Assembly: GCA_964399285.1 (NCBI GenBank)
Contig: CAYNQK010000001.1
Location: forward strand, 90-64,089
Length of the DNA: 64,000 nt
Direction: 5' to 3'
DNA from: an uncultured Spirochaetales bacterium
GTDB lineage: Bacteria; Spirochaetota; Spirochaetia; Treponematales; JBGSOB01
Part shown: in pieces, positions 8,382-17,971 of the stretch
How the letters are laid out: the number at the start of each line of letters is the position of its first letter
Numbering within the stretch: position 1 is the first letter of the stretch
The notes under the pieces: generated by a model
The model's input: only the letters and a program-made list of their open reading frames with translations
Told to the model about the DNA's origin: nothing
Databases searched by the model: none
Translations under genes and position numbers: made by a program

Positions 8382-10517
8382 GTGCCCGACCTCAAGCTCA
8401 TGCCGCTCAAGGGAATATCCGAGGATTTCGTGCCGCGGGAATTCCGTTCGGGGAACGGCGACGGACAATGCGCGAACCCGCTCCCGGACCGTTCGCGGTA
8501 CCGCAATCTCGCTGCCCAGGAGATCGAGGTCCTCGTCAAGAACTCGAACACGGCCGAGGACTGGAACAGGGTATTCGTCACGGATTCCTTCGATCCGGAC
8601 CTCGTGATGAACTGCGAGTTCTTCGGACAGGTGACGATCGGCGACTTAAGCGCGCGCTATATCGATTACCACGACCTCAGGCTTCCCGTAGGCTTGAGGA
8701 ATTCCACGATCGTATCCTGCGACCTCGGGAACGACGTCGTCGTCCGGGACGTCCATTACCTCGCGCATTACCGGATCGGGAACGCCTGCGTCCTCTTCAA
8801 CGTCGACGAGATGCTCTGCACCGACCACGCCAAATTCGGCAACGGCATCGTCAAGGAGGGCGAGGAGGAGGAGGTCAGGATCTGGCTCGAGGTGGCGAAC
8901 GAGAACGGGGGGCGCAGGATCCTCCCCTTCGAGGGCCTCATAACGGCCGACGCCTACCTCTGGTCCAAGCATCGCGCCGACGACGCCCTCATGCGCAGGC
9001 TCGTGGAGATCACCGAGGCGGGATTCTCCAGGAAACGGGGATTCTGGGGCGAGGTGGGCGACGGTACCGTCATCAAGGACTGCCGCATCATCAAGGACGT
9101 CCGCTTCGGATCCCGGACCTACGTGAAGGGGGCCAACAAGCTCAAGAACCTCAGCGTCCTCTCCTCCCCGGACGAGCCCTCGCAGATCGGCGAGGGCACG
9201 GAACTCGTGAACGGCATCATCGGGTACGGAAGCAGGGTCTTCTACGGAGTGAAAGCGGTTCGTTTCATCGCCGGGAGATGCACTCAGCTCAAGTACGGCG
9301 CCCGCCTCATCAACTCCGTGCTCGGGGACAATTCCACGGTCTCCTGCTGCGAGCTCCTCAACAACCTCATTTTCCCTTTCCACGAACAGCACCACAATAA
9401 CTCGTTCTTGATCGCGACAACCCTCATGGGACAGTCCAACATCGCGGCGGGCGCCACAATCGGCTCGAACCACAACACCCGCGCCCCCGACGGCGAGATC
9501 GTGGCTGGCCGCGGATTCTGGCCGGGGCTCTGCGTCGACTTCAAGCACAATTGCCGCTTCGCCTCCTTCGTCCTCGCGGCCAAGGGATCCTACGCCCACG
9601 AGCTCGATATCCCCTTCCCCTTCTCGCTTGTGTCGCTCAGGACCGGCGACGACCGCGCCCGCGTGACGCCCGGATACTGGTTCGCGCACGGGACCTACGC
9701 GCTCGCGCGGAATGAATGGAAATTCCGTCTCCGGGATCGCCGCGCCGTGAAAATCCAAAACATCGAGACCGAGTACCTCGCGCCGGACACGGTGCAGGAG
9801 ATGCTATCCGCCGTACGTCGCCTCGAGTCCCTCGCGGGAAGGGCGAAGCTGGAGTCGGACGCCTCGGACGGCGAGCCGATCGTAGATCCATCCCTCATGA
9901 AACGGTATGGAGGCGTCATCGAGAAGCCCGCCCGGGGATGGAGGCTCTACCGCGAATTCTGCTCGTATTTCGGCGTTAAAACCCTCATCGATCGGTTCGG
10001 GATCGATTCCCCGTCCGGCGGGCGGGATTTCATGGCGCAGGCCGCCGCCCTCGCGAAACGTCCCCTCAAAGAAGCCTGGATCAACCTCGGAGGCCAGGTC
10101 ATTGCCGCATCGGACCTCGAGTCGATCAAACAGGACATCACGTCTAGGGCTCTCGGCTCATGGGACGCCGTCCATGCGAGGTACGCGGAACTCTGGAGCG
10201 CCTACCCGGAGGATAAAGCCCGGTACGCCATCCACGTCCTCGAGTCGATCAGCGGTAAGGCGGTCGCGATCTTCTCGGCGAGCGACTGGAAGGAACTCCT
10301 CGCGAAGGCCAGGGAGACTTTCTCCCGGATATACGGGTCCGCGCTGGAATCGCGAAAAAAGGATTACGAGGATCCGTTCAGGCAGTCCGTGTACGATTCG
10401 GATTCGGAAATGATCGCCGTCCTCGGCAGGATCGAGGACAACCCCTTCCTCGGAGACTTGAAGACCCGCACCGACGCGTATCTCTCCGCGCTCGACCGCC
10501 TCGTCGCCTCGATCTGA
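8382..10517 (+). CDS. left-handed beta-helix protein, DUF4954-like
   Basis: Hexapeptide-like repeats (NSTIVSCDLGNDVVVRDV, GSRTYVKGANKLKNLSVL). GTG 8382 is preceded by GAGGAGG (8371-8377). ATG 8400 is an alternative start. The ORF-track start 8085 overlaps the divergent gene. Confidence 0.6.
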   Translation: MPDLKLMPLKGISEDFVPREFRSGNGDGQCANPLPDRSRYRNLAAQEIEVLVKNSNTAEDWNRVFVTDSFDPDLVMNCEFFGQVTIGDLSARYIDYHDLRLPVGLRNSTIVSCDLGNDVVVRDVHYLAHYRIGNACVLFNVDEMLCTDHAKFGNGIVKEGEEEEVRIWLEVANENGGRRILPFEGLITADAYLWSKHRADDALMRRLVEITEAGFSRKRGFWGEVGDGTVIKDCRIIKDVRFGSRTYVKGANKLKNLSVLSSPDEPSQIGEGTELVNGIIGYGSRVFYGVKAVRFIAGRCTQLKYGARLINSVLGDNSTVSCCELLNNLIFPFHEQHHNNSFLIATTLMGQSNIAAGATIGSNHNTRAPDGEIVAGRGFWPGLCVDFKHNCRFASFVLAAKGSYAHELDIPFPFSLVSLRTGDDRARVTPGYWFAHGTYALARNEWKFRLRDRRAVKIQNIETEYLAPDTVQEMLSAVRRLESLAGRAKLESDASDGEPIVDPSLMKRYGGVIEKPARGWRLYREFCSYFGVKTLIDRFGIDSPSGGRDFMAQAAALAKRPLKEAWINLGGQVIAASDLESIKQDITSRALGSWDAVHARYAELWSAYPEDKARYAIHVLESISGKAVAIFSASDWKELLAKARETFSRIYGSALESRKKDYEDPFRQSVYDSDSEMIAVLGRIEDNPFLGDLKTRTDAYLSALDRLVASI

Positions 10518-10527
10518 ACTGCGGCGC

Positions 10528-11760
10528 TCAAGCTCCGGCCGAGAATATTTCTTCGGGGTCGAAGAGGAAGCGGACCTCCTCCTTGAAATCGCTCGCGGCA
10601 TCGGGGACGTAGCGGATCTCGTAATGGAGGTGCGGTCCGGTCGATCTCCCCGTTTTGCCCGTCTTTCCGATGACGTCGCCCGCCTTCACCGATGCGCCTT
10701 CCTTGACGAGGGGTTTCCCGTCCAAGTGGCTGAAGAGCGTCACCAGGTCGCCGTGCCTCAAGATGATGTAGCTCCCGTACCCCGGCTCCGTTCCCGTCTT
10801 GGCCACCGTCCCGTCGGCCGGGCTCCTCACCGGACTCCCGTAGGGCGTCACGATGTCGATTCCAGCGTGGAATTCCTCGCCGCCCGAGAACGGGTTCTTC
10901 CTGATTCCGAATCCGGTCGTGACCAGGGCTTTCGGTTTCCCTAGGGGATGGGCGAGGGGCAGGCAGTTCCGCGCCGCCTTGATCTCCACGTTCTTCCCGT
11001 TCAGGTCGAAACGGAGAATCCCGTCGCCGCCGTCGCGCTTGAATCGGGGCTTGAGCCCGATGAACCCGTAGCAGAGCGTCGCCGCCTTGCCCTTCGCCCC
11101 CGCGCGCTTGCTCAAGGAAAGGAACACACCCGGATCCACCGCGTACAGTTTCCTGAAGGGCGCCTTGGTGATCTCGATCCCGTAATGGAGGAGGGGCCGC
11201 GAGCACCGTCCCGAATCGCCGACCTTCCCGATGACCTGTCCCGCCCTCACGACCTCGCCCTTCCTCACGAAAGTCCGCTTCGCGAGATGGCCGTACACGC
11301 TCGTGAAGGATAGGTGATCGATGGCGATGAAGTATCCATAGCCCTGGGAAAAGCCCGTACGCGACACCCGCCCCGCTCCGCTCGAGCGAACCTCCGTGCC
11401 CGCCTCCGCGGCCAGATCGATCCCGGGATGGAAGCGACCGGGGCCCGTCGGCGAATTCTCGATCAGCCCGAACCCAACGATCACGTCGCGCTTCGCGTCG
11501 CCGAGCGGATGGAGGAAGGGAAACTCCGTGCGGAGCCCGTGCTCCTCGCGCCCCTTTCCGTCGATGGAATACCGTACAACAGCTTCATCCGGGCTCAACG
11601 AGGACTCGAAGGAAATGGATACCGCTCGGTAGGCCTTCGGGACGATGCCGTCCTCATCGGCGACCGGCAAGACGGGCTGAGCCGCGAGAATAGGCGCCAT
11701 CGCGAGGAGCGCCATCGCTGACGGGAGCGATAGCGCGTTCCGCCGCGCGTAATAGGCCAT
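10528..11760 (-). CDS. secreted peptidase with two tandem M23/LytM domains
   Basis: Signal peptide present. Domain 1 has FHPGIDLA...LLHYGIE. Domain 2 has FHAGIDIV...GPHLHYEIR. Confidence 0.85.
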   Translation of the reverse strand: MAYYARRNALSLPSAMALLAMAPILAAQPVLPVADEDGIVPKAYRAVSISFESSLSPDEAVVRYSIDGKGREEHGLRTEFPFLHPLGDAKRDVIVGFGLIENSPTGPGRFHPGIDLAAEAGTEVRSSGAGRVSRTGFSQGYGYFIAIDHLSFTSVYGHLAKRTFVRKGEVVRAGQVIGKVGDSGRCSRPLLHYGIEITKAPFRKLYAVDPGVFLSLSKRAGAKGKAATLCYGFIGLKPRFKRDGGDGILRFDLNGKNVEIKAARNCLPLAHPLGKPKALVTTGFGIRKNPFSGGEEFHAGIDIVTPYGSPVRSPADGTVAKTGTEPGYGSYIILRHGDLVTLFSHLDGKPLVKEGASVKAGDVIGKTGKTGRSTGPHLHYEIRYVPDAASDFKEEVRFLFDPEEIFSAGA

Positions 11761-11773
11761 CGGATACCGCCCC

Positions 11774-13261
11774 TCAGCCCCGGCGGACGCGCTCGAAATC
11801 GAGATACCCGCGCTCGACGTCCACGGAAACGAGCTTCGCCTCTATATGGTCGCCCACGTCCGCCCCCTGGAACCCGCGCGCGAGTCTCCCCTCGACGGGA
11901 AGGTCGCGGAGCCTGATCCACGTCCCTTTATCCGCGGCTCCGGTGACGATAGCGCGGAAATTCTCGCCCTTTCTGCCTTGGAGCAAGAGAGCCGCCGCCG
12001 ATTTCGCGACCTGGCGCTCGACCTTATTGACCGCGTCCTCCCGTTCGCTGCACCGCGCCCCGAGTTCGACGAGCTCCTCCTCGGAATAGGGCACGGGAGC
12101 GCCGCGGAGCGCGGCTTTCACGAGTCGGTGCGTGACGAGATCCGGATAGCGGCGGTTCGGGGCCGTCGAGTGGGCGTAATCCTTGACCGCCAAGCCGAAA
12201 TGCCCCTCGCTCCCCTGCCCGGGGAATTTCGGCGCGTATTCTCCCGGCCCCAGGAGCTTTACTACGGAGAGGGAAAGGTCGGGGAAACCCTCAGGATCGC
12301 GCGAGCGCTCTTCCGACAGGAAAGCCGAGAGCGCCTTGGGATCCGGTTCGACGGGGAGCGAGCGACCGCGTTCGGCCGCGATCGCCGCGATCCTATCCCA
12401 TCGCTTCGGTTTCCGGACGATCCGCGTGAATACGGGAGCGCCCTTCGATTCCAGGAACCGAGCCACCGCGCCGTTCGCGGCGATCATGAGATTCTCGATG
12501 AGTTCCTGGGCCCTGTTTTTCCCCGTCGGCTTCAGCTCCTTGAGCGCGTCGCCCGAGAAGACCGGCCGATATTCACGGGAGAAGAAGTCGAGAGCTCCGT
12601 CGGAGAAACGCTTCGCCCTCAGCGAGGAAGCGATCCTGTCCTGGATCCTCAGGTTGGCCGACAGCCCCGGTACCGCGGACATTCCCCCGGGTTCGGCGCC
12701 CTCCCCGTCCAGCCATCGGGCAACCCCCTCGTAATCCAGCCTCGCCTTGTTCTTCACGACGGCCCTGAAGACGCGCGCCTCAGGAACGCTCCCGTCCCGC
12801 GCGACACGCATCTCGATGACGATGGCCATCCGGTCCTCGTCCTGGTTGAGGGAGGTGAGACCGGTGGAGAGCCGCTCGGGGAGCATGTGGAAAATCTCGG
12901 CGGTCGTATAGACCGTACTGGTATTATGGCCTGCCCGCGCGTCAATCGCGCCTCCGCGTTCCACGAGATCGTCGACGTCCGCTATGGCTACCATGACCGT
13001 CGCGGTGCCGTCCTTATCCGTTCCGGCGACGCTCAGCTGATCGAGATCGCGCGAATCGACGTTATCGATCGAGCACCAGGGCAGGGCGCGGAGATCCTCG
13101 ACGCCATCCGCATCGACCCTCGCGGCGGCCGACGCTTCGATGCGGGACAGCTCCAAGAGGGCTTCGGCGGGGAAATCGGGCATGAGCCCCCGCTCGATCA
13201 TCGCCTTCCGCGCGATGCGCCCGAGAAGCTCCTTATGCGAGGATCCTGCGATGCCGCTCAT
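11774..13261 (-). CDS. RNase II/R-family exoribonuclease (RNB domain plus C-terminal S1)
   Basis: DSRDLDQLS and IADVD RNB motifs. The C-terminal FRAIVTGAADKGTWIRL...VSVDVERGYLDFE looks like an S1 fold. Start set at ATG 13261, 7 nt after TGgTATAAT. Confidence 0.8.
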   Translation of the reverse strand: MSGIAGSSHKELLGRIARKAMIERGLMPDFPAEALLELSRIEASAAARVDADGVEDLRALPWCSIDNVDSRDLDQLSVAGTDKDGTATVMVAIADVDDLVERGGAIDARAGHNTSTVYTTAEIFHMLPERLSTGLTSLNQDEDRMAIVIEMRVARDGSVPEARVFRAVVKNKARLDYEGVARWLDGEGAEPGGMSAVPGLSANLRIQDRIASSLRAKRFSDGALDFFSREYRPVFSGDALKELKPTGKNRAQELIENLMIAANGAVARFLESKGAPVFTRIVRKPKRWDRIAAIAAERGRSLPVEPDPKALSAFLSEERSRDPEGFPDLSLSVVKLLGPGEYAPKFPGQGSEGHFGLAVKDYAHSTAPNRRYPDLVTHRLVKAALRGAPVPYSEEELVELGARCSEREDAVNKVERQVAKSAAALLLQGRKGENFRAIVTGAADKGTWIRLRDLPVEGRLARGFQGADVGDHIEAKLVSVDVERGYLDFERVRRG

Positions 13262-13268
13262 GGAGAAA

Positions 13269-13277
13269 ATTATACCA
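13269..13277 (-). promoter_or_regulatory. extended -10 (TGgTATAAT) 7 nt upstream of the RNB gene ATG
   Basis: The minus strand reads TGGTATAAT tttctcc ATG (ATG at 13261). No SD. Confidence 0.5.
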
Positions 13278-13341
13278 TGGATGAAAAAACCGCGGCTATC
13301 GCGGTCACGCCATGGTATCATCCCTTCAAGGAGCGCACATA

Positions 13342-13674
13342 ATGACGGAGAAGCACGTACAACAGCCCCCGCGTACTATTAAGGACGGCGTCACGCGAAG
13401 CATCATTTATACCGATCGCCTCATGACCGCCATCATCGATTTTTCGAACGGTCCCTGGGCCGAACCCGATCCCTACCATTCCCACCCCCACGAGCAGGCC
13501 ACCTACGTCGCCGAGGGAGAAATAGTTTTCTACTGCGAGGGCAGGCCGGAAGAACGCCTGAAGGCCGGTCAGATGTTCGCCGTCCCCTCGGGCGTCAAGC
13601 ACACCATCAAAGTACTCTCTAAAACCGCCCGACTCGTGGACAGCTTCACGCCGATCAGGGAAGAATTCCTGTAA
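13342..13674 (+). CDS. cupin-domain protein
   Basis: HSHPHEQATYVAEGE...VPSGVKHT are the two cupin motifs. AAGGAG lies 8 nt upstream of ATG 13342. Confidence 0.8.
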   Translation: MTEKHVQQPPRTIKDGVTRSIIYTDRLMTAIIDFSNGPWAEPDPYHSHPHEQATYVAEGEIVFYCEGRPEERLKAGQMFAVPSGVKHTIKVLSKTARLVDSFTPIREEFL

Positions 13675-13800
13675 AGACGGCATTTGAAAGGGGCAAATGC
13701 GCAAAATAGGACGATAATCTGCCCCTTCCGTTTGAATGGTTCCTGGAATTTCCCCAGACATTCGGATATGATCACGCCGTATAGCCTTAAGGAGGACTTC

Positions 13801-14271
13801 GTGAGAAAACTCGCTATCGGTATCGGAATTCTGGCGATCCTTTCGCTTACCGGCTGTGAGCCACCGCCGGATCGGGATGTGATAAAATTCACCGCCGGCG
13901 GGCAGTCCATCGAATTGCGTCTTGGATTCGAGGATACAGAGAGCATACCTTTGGTGAACATATCCAGTGGAACTCCCCTCGCGTTCGCTGCGAATGAAGT
14001 GACCGATTTTACTGAGCCAGAAGAGTATTGCTTCCTCTATTGGGCTGGGGATGGCACCGGATCCTTCGTTGGAGAAATGGAATATTGGAACAATCAATCC
14101 GGGGTATCACTTGACGGGAATACACTGACAATGGAGATTACCGCCTGGGAGGAGGTCGGGGGATACTGTTCCGGCACCTTCTCGGGAACGGTGAATGATA
14201 TAAACGATGATCCAGTTGAAATAACCGACGGTTATTTCAACTGCAAGCGCTTTCCGGATGATACCTTCTGA
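13801..14271 (+). CDS. lipoprotein (hypothetical)
   Basis: GTG 13801 follows AAGGAGG (13789-13795). Lipobox in VRKLAIGIGILAILSLTG-C. Local GC is visibly lower than the flanks. Confidence 0.6.
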   Translation: MRKLAIGIGILAILSLTGCEPPPDRDVIKFTAGGQSIELRLGFEDTESIPLVNISSGTPLAFAANEVTDFTEPEEYCFLYWAGDGTGSFVGEMEYWNNQSGVSLDGNTLTMEITAWEEVGGYCSGTFSGTVNDINDDPVEITDGYFNCKRFPDDTF

Positions 14272-14312
14272 TTCTAAAATCCTGGAATTGAAAGTAAATC
14301 GTGACGAATAAT

Positions 14313-14347
14313 AAAACCGCTCAGGAATTTTTTCCTGAGCGGTTTTT
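14313..14347. terminator. bidirectional rho-independent terminator
   Basis: AAAACCGCTCAGGA atttttt TCCTGAGCGGTTTTT. Perfect stem flanked by A and T tracts between convergent genes. Confidence 0.8.
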
Positions 14348-14374
14348 ATTTCTTCAAGCCGGGAGCGGATAACT

Positions 14375-16435
14375 TCAGCACGCCCTGTAGCCGTCCATGT
14401 CCTTGAAATCGACCTCGTATCCCTTTCCGTTCGCGAGCGTTATCCTCGCGCCGAGCGCGGAAAACGTCGGCGTCACGTCTTGGATCCTAATATCCTTGAT
14501 GAGGAAGAGCTCCTCATCGAGCCATTCCTCGCCGTCGGTCCGGTGGAGGAAGACCGAGATCATGAGCTCCATGGGCGGGTTCTTCGCGGTGCGCTTCTTC
14601 CTGAGGAAGAGCACGGTGCTCATATCCGCCTCGGCGTTCCGCCCCTCGTGCTCGAGGCTCTCGAGCGAGTCCCAGCCTGGATACCGCACGAGCGCGAGGC
14701 TGCGCCCCGGAATAGTCGCCGTCATCGCGACCAGGTTCCCCTTCTCGATCCTGCGGATGATGGGCATTTTGCCGTCCACGTGCGGCAAGCCGTAATGCCC
14801 CAGGGTGAGCTCGTGCTCGAAGGCCATCCTGGAACGGTCCACCCGGATCACGCCTCCCGGAATGACTATCTCCGCGAGGTCGATGATGTATCCCACGCCG
14901 TTGTTAGGCGGCTTCCGCATGATCGCCTGGCGGTACGTCACGCCCTTCCGGACGCCGTTGTAGAGCATGCTCTGCGAGGTCGTGAATCCCGCGTTCCGTT
15001 CGGCGTCGTTCTTGAGGGCGTGGCCGGTGAGGTAAAAATTGACGTCGTCGCCGCGGACGTCCCGGGGATCCAGGCTCCGGAACGCGTATTCCATGGCGGT
15101 CCCGCCCTGGGGATCGTGATCCTCCCAGGGGAAGTGCGTGTTGTAGGACAGCTTCGAGTAGTTGGGATCCTCGTAGTAGACCTTGCCGGGAATTATTTCG
15201 GAGGTGCCGCTCTTCCCGTGGTTAGCCAGGACAATGCCGGGGTTCCCGAGCACGGTCGTGATCGTCTCGTCGCCGAGCTTTTTCCAATAACCCTCGTTTT
15301 CCTTGGCCGTCCAGAAGGGGGAATCGTCCGGAAGAGCGAGGCAGATGAAGGGCAGGAACATGATGAAAGGGCTTCCCGCGCAGCTGTAGTTCTGGATGGC
15401 GAACTCGCGATGCCCGTAGAAACCGAGGGCCGGGACATCGTTCTCGAAGAAATCCTCTCGGGTTACGAACTGGAGGATCGAGCCCGAGCAGAGCCGCCGG
15501 GCGAATCCCGGATCCAGCGGCGATTTGCCCTTCATCATGAAGGAGACCGGGAAGCCGCCTGAGATCCAGGTCCGGTAGCAGATGCTCCTCGCCCACATGT
15601 TGACGTACCCGTCCCGTCCGAAGAAATTGACGTAGGTCTTCATGAGTTCGCGGGCGGAGCGCTCGATAGTCTCCGCGATCTCCGGGTAATGCTCGTCCCC
15701 GAAGGTCCGGTTCCAGATCATCATGTACACGATGAAGAGGCTGATCGTGTAGTAATTATAGGTCTGCTCCAGGTACCAGCCGTTTCCGGAATGGTAGGAC
15801 GCGACCCAGAGGAGATGGCCCTTCAAGGCCTCGTCATCGATCTGATACCCATGCTTCTTCAGGAAAGAAAGCGCGACGATGTTGAAGATGCGCCAGTTGT
15901 TCTGCGTCGTTCGGTGGTGGGCCCAGGCGGAGATGGTCTTGGCCATCTCGTCCCGCTGGTCTTTCGTGTAATCCGGCCAAAGGACGTCCGGTAGAAGGAG
16001 AAGCGTCTTGAAAAGCCCGCCGAACTCGCAGGTGAACTGGTAGGTGGCGTCGGGGAGATCCTGGGGCAGGGGCAGGGAATTCCGGTGCCCGGGCGTGAGG
16101 GCGTTGAAAATATGCTTCCCGTAGTACTCCCGGAGCTTAATGCCCTTGATGCTGACGTCGCGATCGTTATGGATGAGGGGTCCGGCCAGGGTGAATGTCC
16201 GCTCGAGCGCTTCCCATTCGGCGGAACGGTATCGCCAATCGGGCGCCTCGGGTTGGGGATAGGTCTTGCCGGCCACGATCGGGAAATCGATTGGCGTATC
16301 GATCGAATCCACATGGCGGAACGCGCGTTCAAGCAGGTATTTCGCGCAATCGACGTAGTGCTTTTTCGTCATGCCCGTGAGCGGGCTCCGGTTCCAGTCG
16401 GGATCCGCGACCTCGAAAGCGTTCTTCATCCGCAT
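14375..16435 (-). CDS. DUF2264-like protein (putative alpha/alpha-toroid carbohydrate-active enzyme)
   Basis: 686 aa. The N-terminus NRSPLTGMTKKHYVDCAKYLLERAF resembles DUF2264 starts. SD GAGGAG upstream. Family assigned from memory. Confidence 0.55.
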   Translation of the reverse strand: MRMKNAFEVADPDWNRSPLTGMTKKHYVDCAKYLLERAFRHVDSIDTPIDFPIVAGKTYPQPEAPDWRYRSAEWEALERTFTLAGPLIHNDRDVSIKGIKLREYYGKHIFNALTPGHRNSLPLPQDLPDATYQFTCEFGGLFKTLLLLPDVLWPDYTKDQRDEMAKTISAWAHHRTTQNNWRIFNIVALSFLKKHGYQIDDEALKGHLLWVASYHSGNGWYLEQTYNYYTISLFIVYMMIWNRTFGDEHYPEIAETIERSARELMKTYVNFFGRDGYVNMWARSICYRTWISGGFPVSFMMKGKSPLDPGFARRLCSGSILQFVTREDFFENDVPALGFYGHREFAIQNYSCAGSPFIMFLPFICLALPDDSPFWTAKENEGYWKKLGDETITTVLGNPGIVLANHGKSGTSEIIPGKVYYEDPNYSKLSYNTHFPWEDHDPQGGTAMEYAFRSLDPRDVRGDDVNFYLTGHALKNDAERNAGFTTSQSMLYNGVRKGVTYRQAIMRKPPNNGVGYIIDLAEIVIPGGVIRVDRSRMAFEHELTLGHYGLPHVDGKMPIIRRIEKGNLVAMTATIPGRSLALVRYPGWDSLESLEHEGRNAEADMSTVLFLRKKRTAKNPPMELMISVFLHRTDGEEWLDEELFLIKDIRIQDVTPTFSALGARITLANGKGYEVDFKDMDGYRAC

Positions 16436-16525
16436 CTCTCCTCGATATCGAATAGATTCCTGAGGAATCTATATCGATCGCGAAGCGATGCGCCATCGAG
16501 AGAATTACTTAATTATTCGCGTGCG

Positions 16526-17083
16526 TTACGAATTCGCGCGATCTTCCGAAGCACGGGGCGGGAGATTTGGCGGAGCGTTTCGCTGAACTGATGACTCATC
16601 CGCGGAGCGGGAACAAAATACTTTATTGAACGCTATCTGGCCAGACCAGGGCAGATACGTAATCAATCCCTTTTTCGCCTTCATCGCCGCGATAAGGGAA
16701 ATCACCATGTAAGCGATATTGAGCGCCACGACCAAGCCCATGCACACGCCCCAGGGAATGAGCTGGGCGGCTCCAACGGGCTTTTCCATAACAGCGAGAA
16801 CGCCGAGCACGATCCCCCACACGATCACGCCGAAGCTGACGACGGATACGGGGATCTGCAGGAGAAACGACTGAAGCGCGTGGAACGCCACGAACCTGGA
16901 GCGCTTCTTATGATAAAAGTAATACGCCGCCGACGTGGGGATCTCAGCGAGGGGAATAGGAAAGTACAGCGCCGCGAACATCATGATGTAAGCGCCGAAC
17001 GCGTCTTCCCGTTCGCTCTTCGTCACCTCCTCGGGCTGAGGAAGGCGAATACTTGAATTATCGAATATGTTCTCGTCTGCCAT
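16526..17083 (-). CDS. DUF4870-like membrane protein
   Basis: HKKRSRFVAFHALQSFLLQI motif and 3-4 TM segments. Preceded by TTGCCT-17-TATGAT-6-ATG. Confidence 0.55.
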   Translation of the reverse strand: MADENIFDNSSIRLPQPEEVTKSEREDAFGAYIMMFAALYFPIPLAEIPTSAAYYFYHKKRSRFVAFHALQSFLLQIPVSVVSFGVIVWGIVLGVLAVMEKPVGAAQLIPWGVCMGLVVALNIAYMVISLIAAMKAKKGLITYLPWSGQIAFNKVFCSRSADESSVQRNAPPNLPPRASEDRANS

Positions 17084-17089
17084 GGGACA

Positions 17090-17118
17090 ATCATACGCTC
17101 GCGGTTTTCGCCAGGCAA
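17090..17118 (-). promoter_or_regulatory. sigma70-like promoter abutting the start codon (leaderless arrangement)
   Basis: Minus strand: TTGCCT (17118-17113), 17-nt spacer, TATGAT (17095-17090), 6 nt, ATG 17083. Confidence 0.5.
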
Positions 17119-17128
17119 GCCGGCCTGA

Positions 17129-17872
17129 TCATATTTTCCAACTCAGGCTGAATTCGATCGGCTTCTCGAGCACGAGGGCCCTCATGGCCGGCACCGTGAC
17201 GACGAGCGCGTTTCCCTCGAGCTTGCCCCCTGAGGAGGAGACGACTTTTCCCGGAGCGGTCAAGCGGAACACGGCGTTCGAGGCTTGGAAAACCGGAAGG
17301 TCTTTCTTCCCGATGAAGGGAACGAGGGATTGCGCGTACTCCTCCTCGGTGATTTCGTCTCCGTAGAGCGCCGGGGGCGCCAGAAGCTCTATGAAGTCGC
17401 GGTCCAGGCCGATGAGGAGGTCCGAGATGCCCGCGGCGTTGCCCCGGTCCAATTTGAAGGCGAGCGTCGCGACGCCCCCCTTCTCCTGGTACGAGAAAAA
17501 GGATGAGGCCTTATCGCCGTCGGCGCCGAGGGAAGCGAGAGCCGGGACGCTCGCCCGTCCCTTCAGGGACATGGCGTCGGGCTCCTCCAAGGAGAGGATC
17601 TTCACGTCTTTCCGGGTGGCGGCCGCGGCCCTGATGCCCTCCACGTCGAAGGTCATCGCCTTGCCTTCGGTTTCCTCGCCCGTGAAGAGCGCCGCTTTCT
17701 CGGCCATGCTCTTCATCACGGCCTCGTTCGCCTCGAGGCTGAACCGGATATCGGCTGCGCCGCCTTTGAGGATCGAGACGTCGTATCGAGCCGAGCATCC
17801 GACGGCGGTCAAAAGAAGCGCGCAGGCGCTCATCATCGAGAACATATTCTTCACGGTATTCCTCCGTAGCAT
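17129..17872 (-). CDS. lipoprotein (hypothetical)
   Basis: MLRRNTVKNMFSMMSACALLLTAVG-C has a lipobox. No family recognised. Confidence 0.55.
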   Translation of the reverse strand: MLRRNTVKNMFSMMSACALLLTAVGCSARYDVSILKGGAADIRFSLEANEAVMKSMAEKAALFTGEETEGKAMTFDVEGIRAAAATRKDVKILSLEEPDAMSLKGRASVPALASLGADGDKASSFFSYQEKGGVATLAFKLDRGNAAGISDLLIGLDRDFIELLAPPALYGDEITEEEYAQSLVPFIGKKDLPVFQASNAVFRLTAPGKVVSSSGGKLEGNALVVTVPAMRALVLEKPIEFSLSWKI

Positions 17873-17971
17873 TTCGGTTCCGGGTTCATGAACGGGCACG
17901 CGTTCAGCCTCTTTCTATCCTGTCGATCGTAATCAAACCCCGGGGAAGCGGTCAGCGTTACGTCCTCGGCG

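Noticed and set aside
13318-14097. 259-aa minus-strand ORF spanning the cupin and lipoprotein genes.
   Set aside because: It is antisense to two genes that have SDs and recognisable motifs (cupin motifs, lipobox). It has no motif or start signal of its own.
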